From positions 1 to 64,000 of IMG/VR virus record IMGVR_UViG_3300032285_004073: a DNA stretch of 64,000 nucleotides; one strand, written 5' to 3'. The notes under the pieces were generated by a model. The model searched no databases. It was not told where the DNA came from and saw only the letters and a list, made by a program, of their open reading frames with translations. The position numbers and the translations under genes were made by a program. Shown here piece by piece: positions 34,271-43,645 of this stretch (position 1 is the first letter of the stretch; each line of letters starts with the position of its first letter). This DNA is from a virus.

Positions 34271-36496
34271 ATGTCTACTTTAACCTTAGCATCACCAGGT
34301 GTACAAATTAACGAAGTTGATCTTAGCGTCTTAACATCAACAAGCGGTCAAACCAATGTCTTCGTCACAGGATTTACCTCAAAAGGGCCTACAGATGAAA
34401 TTGTAAATGTTACTAGTATTTCAGATTTCGAAAATACATTCGGAACTCCTAGTAATGCTGCAGAGCGTTATCTTTATCAATCTGCAAGACAGATTTTAAA
34501 TAACTCACCGGCCAATCTTTTAGTTTCTAGAATGCCATACGGCTCTGGCACCGGTGCAGGATTTTCTAATTCTTATAGTGCTTTGGTTTATCCTATCTCC
34601 GCAGTAGATGCAAATGGTAATGATGCACCTTATCAGAGTGCTACACAATATGTAGTATTGCCTCCAGTTTCAATATTGCTTACCCAACAGCAGTATACAA
34701 ACTACATCGAAGATAATAATATTTCTTGGAATGAAAATTATAACAGTTCAGATATAACCGATGCCTCAAATTTAGGTCGTGCAGGTATTATCGTAGTCAA
34801 TCCTACTAAATTAGGTGTTGACAGTCTCTATCAAGGATATTATGTAGGATTGGCTGATAATTCTAATAATAACCCAGCTACAGATTTTATTGCTATTACA
34901 GGTGTTAATACAGTTTATCAAGTTAATAATGGTAATAGTCAAACATTCCAGTCAGTTCCACAATCACGCCTAGCGTTTACTTTAACTCAACCTTTCTCCT
35001 CTCCAGGAAGTAGTATTTCTTATGTTATAGAGAGCTTCCCTACAACATATAGTTTTGGTGCAAGTGCGTATAATGATTGTTTATCTTTATTAGTATTTAA
35101 ATTAAGAGCTTCAACATATAATGCGGATGTCACCACATTATCTTATAATGTAACAGAAGGATATACAGGTTCACTTTATTCTAATAGAACCGCACAAAAT
35201 CCAAACGGAGGAAGTCCAGTTACCTTTAATTTAGCTCAATTAGCCAATCAGAAATCCCGTGATATTCATGTTCTTGTAAATCCAAATATATCTAATGGGT
35301 CTAACTGGGTTAATAGTAATGGGTTTACTAAAAAGGTAAGAGTCTCAGATGCAGCTAAAAATCTTTATTCAACTGGTGTATATCAAGCTGATACTGATTT
35401 GACAGCTAATGACGTGGGAAATGTACCACAAAAATTAGATCGTGTATTAAGCCTTATTGATACGCTTGATCAGCCTTTAGATGTAACCATCGAAGCTGGT
35501 TTGGGAACTATTTGGGCGAGTGCTTACAAGCGTTGGACGGATTCCGCTTTCGGAAAATCATCAATTGGACAACCAACGGTATTTGACGAAAATTATAATT
35601 TAAGTATTACAGGACTTATAAACCAACAAAATGGTTATTCCGATTCTGTGGCTTTAAAATACAATGAAATAGCCAGTCGTTTTGTATCATTTGCTGAAAA
35701 AACACGTCAAGATCATATATTCATAGCCGATCCTTTAAGAAACTTGTTTGTTACTGGTGGCAATTATAAGACTAGTAAAGATCCTTCATTTAATTTCTCA
35801 ACAAACATTTACTGGGGATTAAAAAATCTTTATAGCAGTAGCACTTCAAGTTATGCTGCAACATACGGTAACTGGTTGCTTGTAAATGATGCGGCTTCTA
35901 ATTCACAGGTATGGGTTCCTTCCTCTGGATGGGTTGCAACTATCTTGGCTCAAACATCACAGAAGAATTTCCCGTGGTCAGCTCCTGCTGGTTTAAATCG
36001 CGGAACATTAACAAATGTTCTTGATTTAGCTATTAACCCAACACAAAAGCAAAGAGACCTTCTTTATAGAATCAATATTAATCCTATAGCCTACTTCCCT
36101 GGAGACGGATTTGCGATATATGGTCAAAAAACTCTTTTCACTAAGCCTTCTGCTTTTGATAGAATTAATGTTCGTAGACTTTTCTTAACATTAGAAAAAG
36201 CTACACAACGACTCTTGAAGTATTATGTATTTGAACCTAATACCTTTACCACAAGAGCCAGATTGGTTAACTCCCTTAAACCGATATTTGATCAAGCACA
36301 AAACAATAATGGTTTATATGCTTATCAAATTGTTTGTGACGAACGCAATAACACACCAGATGTAATTGATGCTAATACATTAGCAATATCAATTTATATT
36401 CAGCCCGTAAGAACTTCTGAATTTATCTTGTGTGACTTTATTGCCACACAAACCGGTGTTAATTTCAATGAATTAATTGGAACCAATCAATTCTAA
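34271..36496 (+). CDS. Tail sheath protein (gp18)
   Basis: SPGVQINEVD, PWSAPAGLNRG, RDLLYRININPI, GQKT, SAFDRINVRRLF. Confidence 0.97.
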   Translation: MSTLTLASPGVQINEVDLSVLTSTSGQTNVFVTGFTSKGPTDEIVNVTSISDFENTFGTPSNAAERYLYQSARQILNNSPANLLVSRMPYGSGTGAGFSNSYSALVYPISAVDANGNDAPYQSATQYVVLPPVSILLTQQQYTNYIEDNNISWNENYNSSDITDASNLGRAGIIVVNPTKLGVDSLYQGYYVGLADNSNNNPATDFIAITGVNTVYQVNNGNSQTFQSVPQSRLAFTLTQPFSSPGSSISYVIESFPTTYSFGASAYNDCLSLLVFKLRASTYNADVTTLSYNVTEGYTGSLYSNRTAQNPNGGSPVTFNLAQLANQKSRDIHVLVNPNISNGSNWVNSNGFTKKVRVSDAAKNLYSTGVYQADTDLTANDVGNVPQKLDRVLSLIDTLDQPLDVTIEAGLGTIWASAYKRWTDSAFGKSSIGQPTVFDENYNLSITGLINQQNGYSDSVALKYNEIASRFVSFAEKTRQDHIFIADPLRNLFVTGGNYKTSKDPSFNFSTNIYWGLKNLYSSSTSSYAATYGNWLLVNDAASNSQVWVPSSGWVATILAQTSQKNFPWSAPAGLNRGTLTNVLDLAINPTQKQRDLLYRININPIAYFPGDGFAIYGQKTLFTKPSAFDRINVRRLFLTLEKATQRLLKYYVFEPNTFTTRARLVNSLKPIFDQAQNNNGLYAYQIVCDERNNTPDVIDANTLAISIYIQPVRTSEFILCDFIATQTGVNFNELIGTNQF

Positions 36497-36517
36497 TCTT
36501 AAAGGATAAATATTAAT

Positions 36518-37066
36518 ATGCCTAACTTATTCGAAAATCAAGATATCAATTCATTCTATCAGAATGCAATCAATAGAGACTTTGCACGTACTAATCTATT
36601 TAGATTACTGAATATTAATTCAGGAAGTACTAATGTCTCTTTTGACACTTCTGATTTAGTATATGTCACATCCACTACATTACCACAGCGTTCTATTAAT
36701 AACGTTCAGGTTCCTTTTATGGGATTAAGTTTCAATGTACCAGGAACTGCTCAGTACCCAAATAGTAATGGTTGGTCTGTAACATTTAGAATGCCGCAGG
36801 ATCTTGGAATAAGACAAAAATTAGAGCAATGGTCAAGAGGTGTATTTGATGATGCAACTAGTACAGGTGCTTATGAAGTAAAAAATTTAGGTGATATTAC
36901 ATTAGCCCTTATGGGTAAGAATGGAAATCCGTTAGCTGTTTACAATTTAATAGGAGCATATCTAGTTAATATTGGTGATTATACATTGGATGTAACAACA
37001 GCCGGTGAAATAGTTACACAACCAGCAACTATTGCTTATCAATATTGGACTAGCACATTAGCTTAA
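36518..37066 (+). CDS. Tail tube protein (gp19)
   Basis: DFARTNLF, LP, VPFMGLSFNVPG, WSVTF pattern; follows the sheath gene. Confidence 0.9.
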   Translation: MPNLFENQDINSFYQNAINRDFARTNLFRLLNINSGSTNVSFDTSDLVYVTSTTLPQRSINNVQVPFMGLSFNVPGTAQYPNSNGWSVTFRMPQDLGIRQKLEQWSRGVFDDATSTGAYEVKNLGDITLALMGKNGNPLAVYNLIGAYLVNIGDYTLDVTTAGEIVTQPATIAYQYWTSTLA

Positions 37067-37095
37067 TATTTTATCTGTCTAGATAAATATATTAA

Positions 37096-37794
37096 ATGTC
37101 TAATAGTCCCTACGTCTTTTATCTTGATGTCTTAAGTGATTGGGCTTCTACCATTGCCCTTGAGAGTCAATGGTTCTTGTATTTTGATTTAGCATCTGTA
37201 AATGCATTAAAAGGTGATTTAGGAGCTACTGTTAGAAATTATGATTCTGGTAGCCCAGCAAGTTGGGGTATAAGCTCTGCAACAACATCTGGTTTACTTA
37301 AAGATAAATATCAATTATCTACAGAAAGTTTGGTTGGGTGTGTTTTTGCTAGACAAGTTACTTTACCAGCTGAAAAAATTAATGCTTCTAATGAAGGTGT
37401 TGAATATGCGAGTTATTTAGGACCGGCAACGTCTTCTAATAGAGACCCATATAATAAATTAAGTATAGTTTTTACAGAAAGCAATGCTTCTTTTATAGAT
37501 TTAATTTTAAGACCTTGGTCTATTTTAGTAGGTTATAATGGTTTAGTGGCCAGGGCTCCAGGATCTCCTAAAAATGTAAAATGTGATTTTGCTGATGTAG
37601 TATTTTTGGCAAAAAATGGTTCTGGTAACGCTATGTCAAAACGCAAAATTTTTAGATTTTATAATATAGCCCCTGTATCTGTTACTGGTTTATCACAAAC
37701 ATATGCAGCCGAAGGTATGATTTACGGTAATGTTGATTTTGTTTACGATTATTATAGTGTGTTTGATGCTGATACTTCAAACCATTTTATTTGA
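37096..37794 (+). CDS. Tube-fold baseplate/tube initiator (gp54-like)
   Basis: gp19-like pattern; position. Confidence 0.55.
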   Translation: MSNSPYVFYLDVLSDWASTIALESQWFLYFDLASVNALKGDLGATVRNYDSGSPASWGISSATTSGLLKDKYQLSTESLVGCVFARQVTLPAEKINASNEGVEYASYLGPATSSNRDPYNKLSIVFTESNASFIDLILRPWSILVGYNGLVARAPGSPKNVKCDFADVVFLAKNGSGNAMSKRKIFRFYNIAPVSVTGLSQTYAAEGMIYGNVDFVYDYYSVFDADTSNHFI

Positions 37795-37822
37795 TAATAA
37801 ATAGAGTCTTTGTTATAATATA

Positions 37823-38791
37823 TTGATGCTGGAATATATTCACAATATAGAAATGCCTTTTTGTGGCAAAAATATTAATTTTAGAGAATTAACAAATTTA
37901 GAACAAATATATATTTCCAAGGCAAATATAGTAATGCCGCCAGAAAATAAAGAACCTGAATTATACAGTTCTTATTTTAAGAATATTGTTTTTAATTGTG
38001 TACAAAACAAAGAGGTTTTAAAAGAATTAAATTTAATAGAATATATTCTATTTATTACAAAATTAAGAATGACTTGTTTTGGTTCGGATATAGAACTTTC
38101 TTATAATCAAGAAAACGAAAATGATGAATACAAAAATGTCAAAATAAATATAGAGTTGCAATCATTTATGCAAAATCTTTATAATGGTTCTTCTTGTCTT
38201 GAAAGAAATCCAATTACCATTAATAATATTGAAATTGTTTTAAATTGGCCATTACAAACATCAGAAAATTATTTTCTCAAGCTTGATTCGGATGTAAATT
38301 CTGTTATTTCATCCTTGCCAGAATTTGTATCGGAAATACGAATCAAAGACAAAATAATAAAAATGTTAGATTATTCTATTGAACAAAAACAAGATATATT
38401 TAATAATCTTCCCGTTGCTGTAAGAACTAGAATTCAAAATGAAATTTTGAAATCATTACAAACATTATCAACTCAAGATTTATTTGGTATTAAACATTTG
38501 TCTAATTATAAATTCAGCTTTTTTAATAAATTATATCAAGACATAATAAGATTATTTTTTTCTTTTGATTTAAGAGGATTGTATAGAGAGTATTATATTC
38601 TAGCTTCTAAAAGAATACCACCTTTTTATTTGGATAATAAAACATCAACAGATAAAAAAATTTATTTGTCTATTCTAGAAGAAGAAATGGCTAGTAGAGA
38701 ATCTTCAGATATCAATTCAGGAGGAACTCCATTAGGTGGTACTCCTCTCGAAAATTTAGCTCGTGAATTTGGAGATGAATTACCTAATTAA
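37823..38791 (+). CDS. Baseplate hub assembly protein (gp26/gp51-like)
   Basis: FRELT..EQ, LFITKLR; position before the tape measure. Confidence 0.55.
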   Translation: MMLEYIHNIEMPFCGKNINFRELTNLEQIYISKANIVMPPENKEPELYSSYFKNIVFNCVQNKEVLKELNLIEYILFITKLRMTCFGSDIELSYNQENENDEYKNVKINIELQSFMQNLYNGSSCLERNPITINNIEIVLNWPLQTSENYFLKLDSDVNSVISSLPEFVSEIRIKDKIIKMLDYSIEQKQDIFNNLPVAVRTRIQNEILKSLQTLSTQDLFGIKHLSNYKFSFFNKLYQDIIRLFFSFDLRGLYREYYILASKRIPPFYLDNKTSTDKKIYLSILEEEMASRESSDINSGGTPLGGTPLENLAREFGDELPN

Positions 38792-38796
38792 AATAT

Positions 38797-39618
38797 ATGC
38801 CAGAGAATTCTGTAGAAATTGAAACCTTGTCATTTAAAGATGCTCTTAATGCTTTAGATGCAATTACTAAAGACACATTTGTTAGTGATGTTTGGATACC
38901 ATCTCTTAACAGAACAATTTCTATTAAAGAAATTAATGCCAAACAACAAAAAAATTTATTAGAAGCAGCAATAGATTCCTCCGTTTATAAATCTTCTTTT
39001 GCTAAAGCTTTTTATGAAATTATAACAACTAATATATCAGAATCTAAAGAAGTTATTGATAACTTGACATTAGCAGATAAAATTTCTATTTCCGTTTGTT
39101 TAAGAAATCAGATAGCACCTACTATAAAAGTAGAATTTACAGAAGGTGCAGAATCTGAAGATTATCCTTTGAATACTATTATTGAGAGGGTTAAAGCTTA
39201 TACACCACCTAACTCAGAGACTTTTGAAATTACGAAAAACGGAGTTTCTGTATCGGTAACAACGGCTCTTCCCACTATACTTTCAGATGTTCAATTTGAT
39301 ACTTTTTTATTAAAAAATAAAAAGAAAACAGAAGATTCTGAAGAAGTAAAAACAATTATTACAGATGCTTTCTTAGGAGAGACTTCCAAATATATAAAAA
39401 GTCTTTCTATTGACGGGGTAGATTTAAATTATTCTTCCTTTTCAATATATCAAAAGATTCAATTTGTAGAAAAATTACCGGGAGCTATAATACAACAAAT
39501 TTTAAATATAGTTACAAAATGGAAAAAAGAATTGGAAGATTTAATCACCGTAAAATCTTTAGACGGTGAAAAATCTAAAGTATTAGAGTTAGATAGTTTG
39601 TTATTTTTGAACAATTGA
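38797..39618 (+). CDS. Baseplate hub assembly protein paralog (gp26-like)
   Basis: IPSLNRTISIKEINAKQQK pattern. Confidence 0.55.
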   Translation: MPENSVEIETLSFKDALNALDAITKDTFVSDVWIPSLNRTISIKEINAKQQKNLLEAAIDSSVYKSSFAKAFYEIITTNISESKEVIDNLTLADKISISVCLRNQIAPTIKVEFTEGAESEDYPLNTIIERVKAYTPPNSETFEITKNGVSVSVTTALPTILSDVQFDTFLLKNKKKTEDSEEVKTIITDAFLGETSKYIKSLSIDGVDLNYSSFSIYQKIQFVEKLPGAIIQQILNIVTKWKKELEDLITVKSLDGEKSKVLELDSLLFLNN

Positions 39619-39655
39619 TTCTTCTAGAGTTAGGCATAGGATCTAAGTATTCTAT

Positions 39656-41842
39656 ATGCCCCCAGAAGTACAAGCCTTAATAATTTCTAAATTAGAAAAA
39701 ATGGATCCTTTGGATTCAGGAGCTTTTTTTAGAATTGTACTAGAAGATAAATCAATTCAAAAAATTGTTTTAGATAAATTAACTAAAATAGTAGGTTCTA
39801 CTAATTTAGAAAAAGTATTCAATACTGCTGCTGCGCAAATACAACAAAGCGTAAACAAAATTAGGAGTGCAGCAGATGCTGCATCTACTATTGTTGATGA
39901 CCTCTCAACTAAATCTAAGAAATCCGGTTCCTCATCTTCTAAGGATAAAGATAAAGCAATGTTGGAATTTTTGAAAGTTTTAGGACTTTCTTTAACTACT
40001 GGTAAAAGGGGTTCGTCAATAGAACCTATATTGTATAAAACCAAAAAAGATGAATTAGAATTATCTGAAAGTTCTATTAAAAAATTTGCTAAGGTGGCTG
40101 GTCTTTCTAGTAAAGAAACTGACCTTTTACTTAAAAAATTAAAAACTACTGTAGATCATATAGATGATAATTTAGGTCTTTTGGACAGCTTTTTAAAGCG
40201 CAAATCTGGCGGTTTTCTTGACCTTCTTATTAGTTTTGGTAAATTATTGTTATCTGGTGGACTTGCTATTTTACTCTCATCATCTTTTGGCCCAGCAATT
40301 ACTGGAGTCGTAGATCGTATTTTTGGAACTAATTTAACTGGATTATTTGCTCCTTATAGACAAGCCCTAGCTAAATGGCAGGGTTACATAGATATGTTTG
40401 GGAAATATTCTGTTGAAATTGGTTTATTACTACTAAACGGAGCTAGTGGATTTAAAAAATTATTAACCATGGGTGTTTTTGGTGGTAGATTATCTAAAGG
40501 CATAACAGAAGCTTCAAAAATAGTAAAGCCGGGTATAATAGAAAGATTAAAACTAGCTGCTGGAATCATTAAAGTAGATCCTTTAAAGAATTTACCAGCC
40601 ATGGAAAGAGATGCTAAGGGTGTAATAAGAATAGCTAAAGGTGTAAAAGATGCTTCTGGAGTTGGAATTGGTGGGCGTATGGTGTCAAAAGAGGCAGCTG
40701 CAGCGTTTGAGGCAGCTGAAAAAGCGGCTGCAGCTGCAGCTGCAAAGGCTGCTTCAATGGGTTTTATAGGCAAGTCTTTAGGAAACATAACAAGTTTTAT
40801 AGGAAAAGCTACAAGTGTGGTAGGGAATGCTCTTAAATTTAGTGGTTTTGAAAAAATAGGTGGCAGTCTACTAGGTAAAATAGGAGGTAAGCTTTTTAGA
40901 AGAATTCCTTTTGTAGGTGCTTTGATTAGTTTTGGTTTAGGTATAAAAAAGATTTTTGATGGTGATGTAATAGGTGGTATGTTTGATATAACTTCTGCAC
41001 TTGTTGGTTTTATTCCTTTTGTGGGTATTCCTTTATCATTTGCTATAGATCTTTTAGGCAGTGCTGTAACTAATGCAGCGGGAGGAGATAAAAATAAAAA
41101 AGGAGATGTTATATCGACTTTTTTCAAAAATTTAATGAAAAATTTTCTTAGAACTTTTGTTAATTTTATGCCAGAAAGTTTCGGCATAAGAGCTGCTGTT
41201 GCAAAATTTTTAGGAGTCGATATAGGTGCTGCTGGTAATGAAAATATAACACCACCAGTTAATCCTCAAATGCCTACCAAACCATCTACCCCTGGTGATC
41301 ATGCTTTAAAAATGGGTGAAACATTTAGTAAAGATCAAGTAACTCCAGAATTTTTAGCAAAACATCCCGGATTAAAATGGTTCCAGCAAGGAAAGGATAA
41401 AAGTAGAGGATTTTATAAAAATACTATTGAAGAAAATCAAGAACAACAATCTTCTTCTCCACCAGCGACTCCTGCCCCAGTTCCAGCTCCAGCTCCGGCT
41501 CCTGCGCCGGCTCCTACACCGAAGTGGCATGTTGGGTCGACACCACCTAAATTTTGGGTTTCAAAGGAAATGGAGGAAGCTGCACAAAGCAATTCTTGGT
41601 CAAAACGATTTGCTACAAATGAATTGCATCCGGAATTAAAACAACATTTGTCATCTTTGAGTCGTATAATGTCCGATATGTCTTTAAGCTTTAAAGATTA
41701 TCAAAATGCTATGTCCCAAGCTAATAATTCTATTGTAAGTATTAATAATACTTCCGTATCAGATGGTGGTTCTGAAGGATTCTTTATGGGTTCTAGAGAT
41801 CCATTATTTGAAACACGATTTGCTTATAAAAATCTCAAATAA
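39656..41842 (+). CDS. Tape measure / gp29-like protein
   Basis: Gly/Ala-rich hydrophobic repeats (RRIPFVGALISFG); PAPAP linker at ~41461-41520. Confidence 0.75.
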   Translation: MPPEVQALIISKLEKMDPLDSGAFFRIVLEDKSIQKIVLDKLTKIVGSTNLEKVFNTAAAQIQQSVNKIRSAADAASTIVDDLSTKSKKSGSSSSKDKDKAMLEFLKVLGLSLTTGKRGSSIEPILYKTKKDELELSESSIKKFAKVAGLSSKETDLLLKKLKTTVDHIDDNLGLLDSFLKRKSGGFLDLLISFGKLLLSGGLAILLSSSFGPAITGVVDRIFGTNLTGLFAPYRQALAKWQGYIDMFGKYSVEIGLLLLNGASGFKKLLTMGVFGGRLSKGITEASKIVKPGIIERLKLAAGIIKVDPLKNLPAMERDAKGVIRIAKGVKDASGVGIGGRMVSKEAAAAFEAAEKAAAAAAAKAASMGFIGKSLGNITSFIGKATSVVGNALKFSGFEKIGGSLLGKIGGKLFRRIPFVGALISFGLGIKKIFDGDVIGGMFDITSALVGFIPFVGIPLSFAIDLLGSAVTNAAGGDKNKKGDVISTFFKNLMKNFLRTFVNFMPESFGIRAAVAKFLGVDIGAAGNENITPPVNPQMPTKPSTPGDHALKMGETFSKDQVTPEFLAKHPGLKWFQQGKDKSRGFYKNTIEENQEQQSSSPPATPAPVPAPAPAPAPAPTPKWHVGSTPPKFWVSKEMEEAAQSNSWSKRFATNELHPELKQHLSSLSRIMSDMSLSFKDYQNAMSQANNSIVSINNTSVSDGGSEGFFMGSRDPLFETRFAYKNLK

Positions 41843-41845
41843 TAT

Positions 41846-42865
41846 ATGGCTTTTAATTTTTTCTATATTAATACAGTTACTACTACTACCAAAGGAGTAA
41901 CGGTTTCATATCCAAAAGCAGAACCTAATTCTCTTGGTACTGTATTAGACGTTTTAAATAAATTTCGTTGGAAAAATTCTGGAAGTGTTGCAGAAGTGCC
42001 AAGTTTATTTTTAACAGAATATTCTTTAGATTACGGATCATATTCTGCAAATATAGCTCGTTTATTAGAAGGCGTTTCTCAAGCTGCTGCTGGTTCATTA
42101 GATCCTTATCAAGTTTTATATCAAGCTGATTTAACCGGGTTTCATTATAATTTACCTTATCTAGTTAAACCAGGAACAACATTAAGAGGTTCTATTTCCA
42201 ACAGTTGGAAAGATTCAACTCAAGATATAGGTAACATGGCACAAGATGCTTTCAAAGCAGTTGGAGGGGGAGAAGCATATAAATTGTTAGCAGGTGCAGC
42301 GGAAACGGTTGCTGGTTTTATTGCACCTGGTTATGGAGCAGAACCTGTGCAAGCTTTTAATAATACTAACCCTAACGAGATTACAATTTCATTTCCGCTT
42401 TATAATACGACTAGTATATCAGAAATGATGGATAACTATAGCTTTGTTAGTTTATTGCAGTTTCAAAATTTAAAAACCAGAACAAGTTTCTTATCTTATA
42501 TACCACCAAAAATTTACACAGTCGACGGATTAGCTGATGGTGGTGTTTATATGCCAGCTGCTTATATTAGTAATTTATCTATAGATTCTATAGGGACAAC
42601 CAGATCTTTAAAAGAATTAGGTGGAGTGAGTAGTAATGCTGGAGCTACTTTAATACCAGAAGCTTATAGAGTAACAATCACTCTCAAAGAATTAATACCT
42701 CAAAGCTCTAATATTATGTATGGAGTAATGGGCGGGAAAAAAGTAGAAGTCATATCCGTACCACCTACAGGAGGAGTTTTAGATGTTTTAACACAAAGTC
42801 CACTTAGAGGAGCATTTGTTAATCCTGCAATTATACCTACCGAGACAATAGGACCTGTAAAATAA
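41846..42865 (+). CDS. Baseplate tail-tube cap (gp48-like)
   Basis: Position after the tape measure; ITISFPLYN and AYISNLSID pattern. Confidence 0.55.
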   Translation: MAFNFFYINTVTTTTKGVTVSYPKAEPNSLGTVLDVLNKFRWKNSGSVAEVPSLFLTEYSLDYGSYSANIARLLEGVSQAAAGSLDPYQVLYQADLTGFHYNLPYLVKPGTTLRGSISNSWKDSTQDIGNMAQDAFKAVGGGEAYKLLAGAAETVAGFIAPGYGAEPVQAFNNTNPNEITISFPLYNTTSISEMMDNYSFVSLLQFQNLKTRTSFLSYIPPKIYTVDGLADGGVYMPAAYISNLSIDSIGTTRSLKELGGVSSNAGATLIPEAYRVTITLKELIPQSSNIMYGVMGGKKVEVISVPPTGGVLDVLTQSPLRGAFVNPAIIPTETIGPVK

Positions 42866-42866
42866 T

Positions 42867-43226
42867 ATGAATAGAAATTCTTTTTCCAATTTACCAAAAA
42901 TTTCTTTATATAGTTATGAAAATTTTTTCAATATCTATACAGATATTTCTACTAATAAAAATTTTTATAATTTGTTGGCTTCTATCAACATATCTCCTTC
43001 TAATAACGAAAAAATACAGACTTCTTATGTTGTTACAGAACCAGACACATGGATTTCTATATCCTATAAATTTTATAATACTATAGATTTGTGGTGGTTA
43101 GTTTGTGCTTATAATCAAATACAAAATCCAACAAAAATGCCAGAACCTGGCACTAAATTAAATTTATTAAAAACTGAATATGTAAGCACTGTATTATCAG
43201 TATTAAATAAACAACTCATTCAATAA
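42867..43226 (+). CDS. Baseplate wedge protein (gp53-like, LysM-type)
   Basis: DTWISISYKFYNTIDLWWLVCAYNQIQNP. Confidence 0.85.
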   Translation: MNRNSFSNLPKISLYSYENFFNIYTDISTNKNFYNLLASINISPSNNEKIQTSYVVTEPDTWISISYKFYNTIDLWWLVCAYNQIQNPTKMPEPGTKLNLLKTEYVSTVLSVLNKQLIQ

Positions 43227-43626
43227 ATTTTTTTATATCAAAAAAGAATCTTACAGTACTATAATTTCCACTCATTTCTAATATAGAATAACAATAAATT
43301 TGATTTTTTATTTTGAAATAATAAGGATCTGGAAACAAATCATCAAATAATTCTAACTCAAAATATACATCTAAATTTTCGTCTAAGAATTTTATAACTT
43401 CTTCTTCTTTTATATCCTCTAGAACAGATTGATCTAATTCTGCTAATTTATCTTGAAATTTATTCCAAGTACCTTCTTTATTGCTGTGGTTTAAAAGAAA
43501 AATGGGATATTTGTTTTTAAGATTAAATACTTTACTATCAACGGATAAAAAAGAATATTCTTCCGGTGTTTGTTCTAAAACCTTGAGGTATTTGGCGGAG
43601 TTATATCCTTTCTTTTTAGGTTTCAC
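43216..43626 (-). CDS. Hypothetical protein (track extends to 43743; GTG at 43626 more likely)
   Basis: GTG lies 7 nt after a minus-strand TAAATA and avoids a head-to-head overlap with terminase. Confidence 0.55.
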   Translation of the reverse strand: MKPKKKGYNSAKYLKVLEQTPEEYSFLSVDSKVFNLKNKYPIFLLNHSNKEGTWNKFQDKLAELDQSVLEDIKEEEVIKFLDENLDVYFELELFDDLFPDPYYFKIKNQIYCYSILEMSGNYSTVRFFFDIKKFIE

Positions 43627-43629
43627 CTC

Positions 43630-43639
43630 TAAATATTTA
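43630..43639. promoter_or_regulatory. Palindromic bidirectional late-promoter core
   Basis: TAAATATTTA reads TAAATA on both strands between divergent genes. Confidence 0.55.
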
Positions 43640-43645
43640 TAATAA

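Noticed and set aside
37071-37089. Hairpin TTTATCT-GTCT-AGATAAA overlapping a late promoter
   Set aside because: Weak AT-rich stem with no U-tract; could be chance.
40384-41187. 267-aa antisense ORF inside the tape measure gene
   Set aside because: It mirrors the sense codon pattern of a Gly/Ala-rich gene, with no promoter or recognisable motif.
41461-41520. Short tandem repeat
   Set aside because: It simply encodes a Pro-Ala linker with varied codons.
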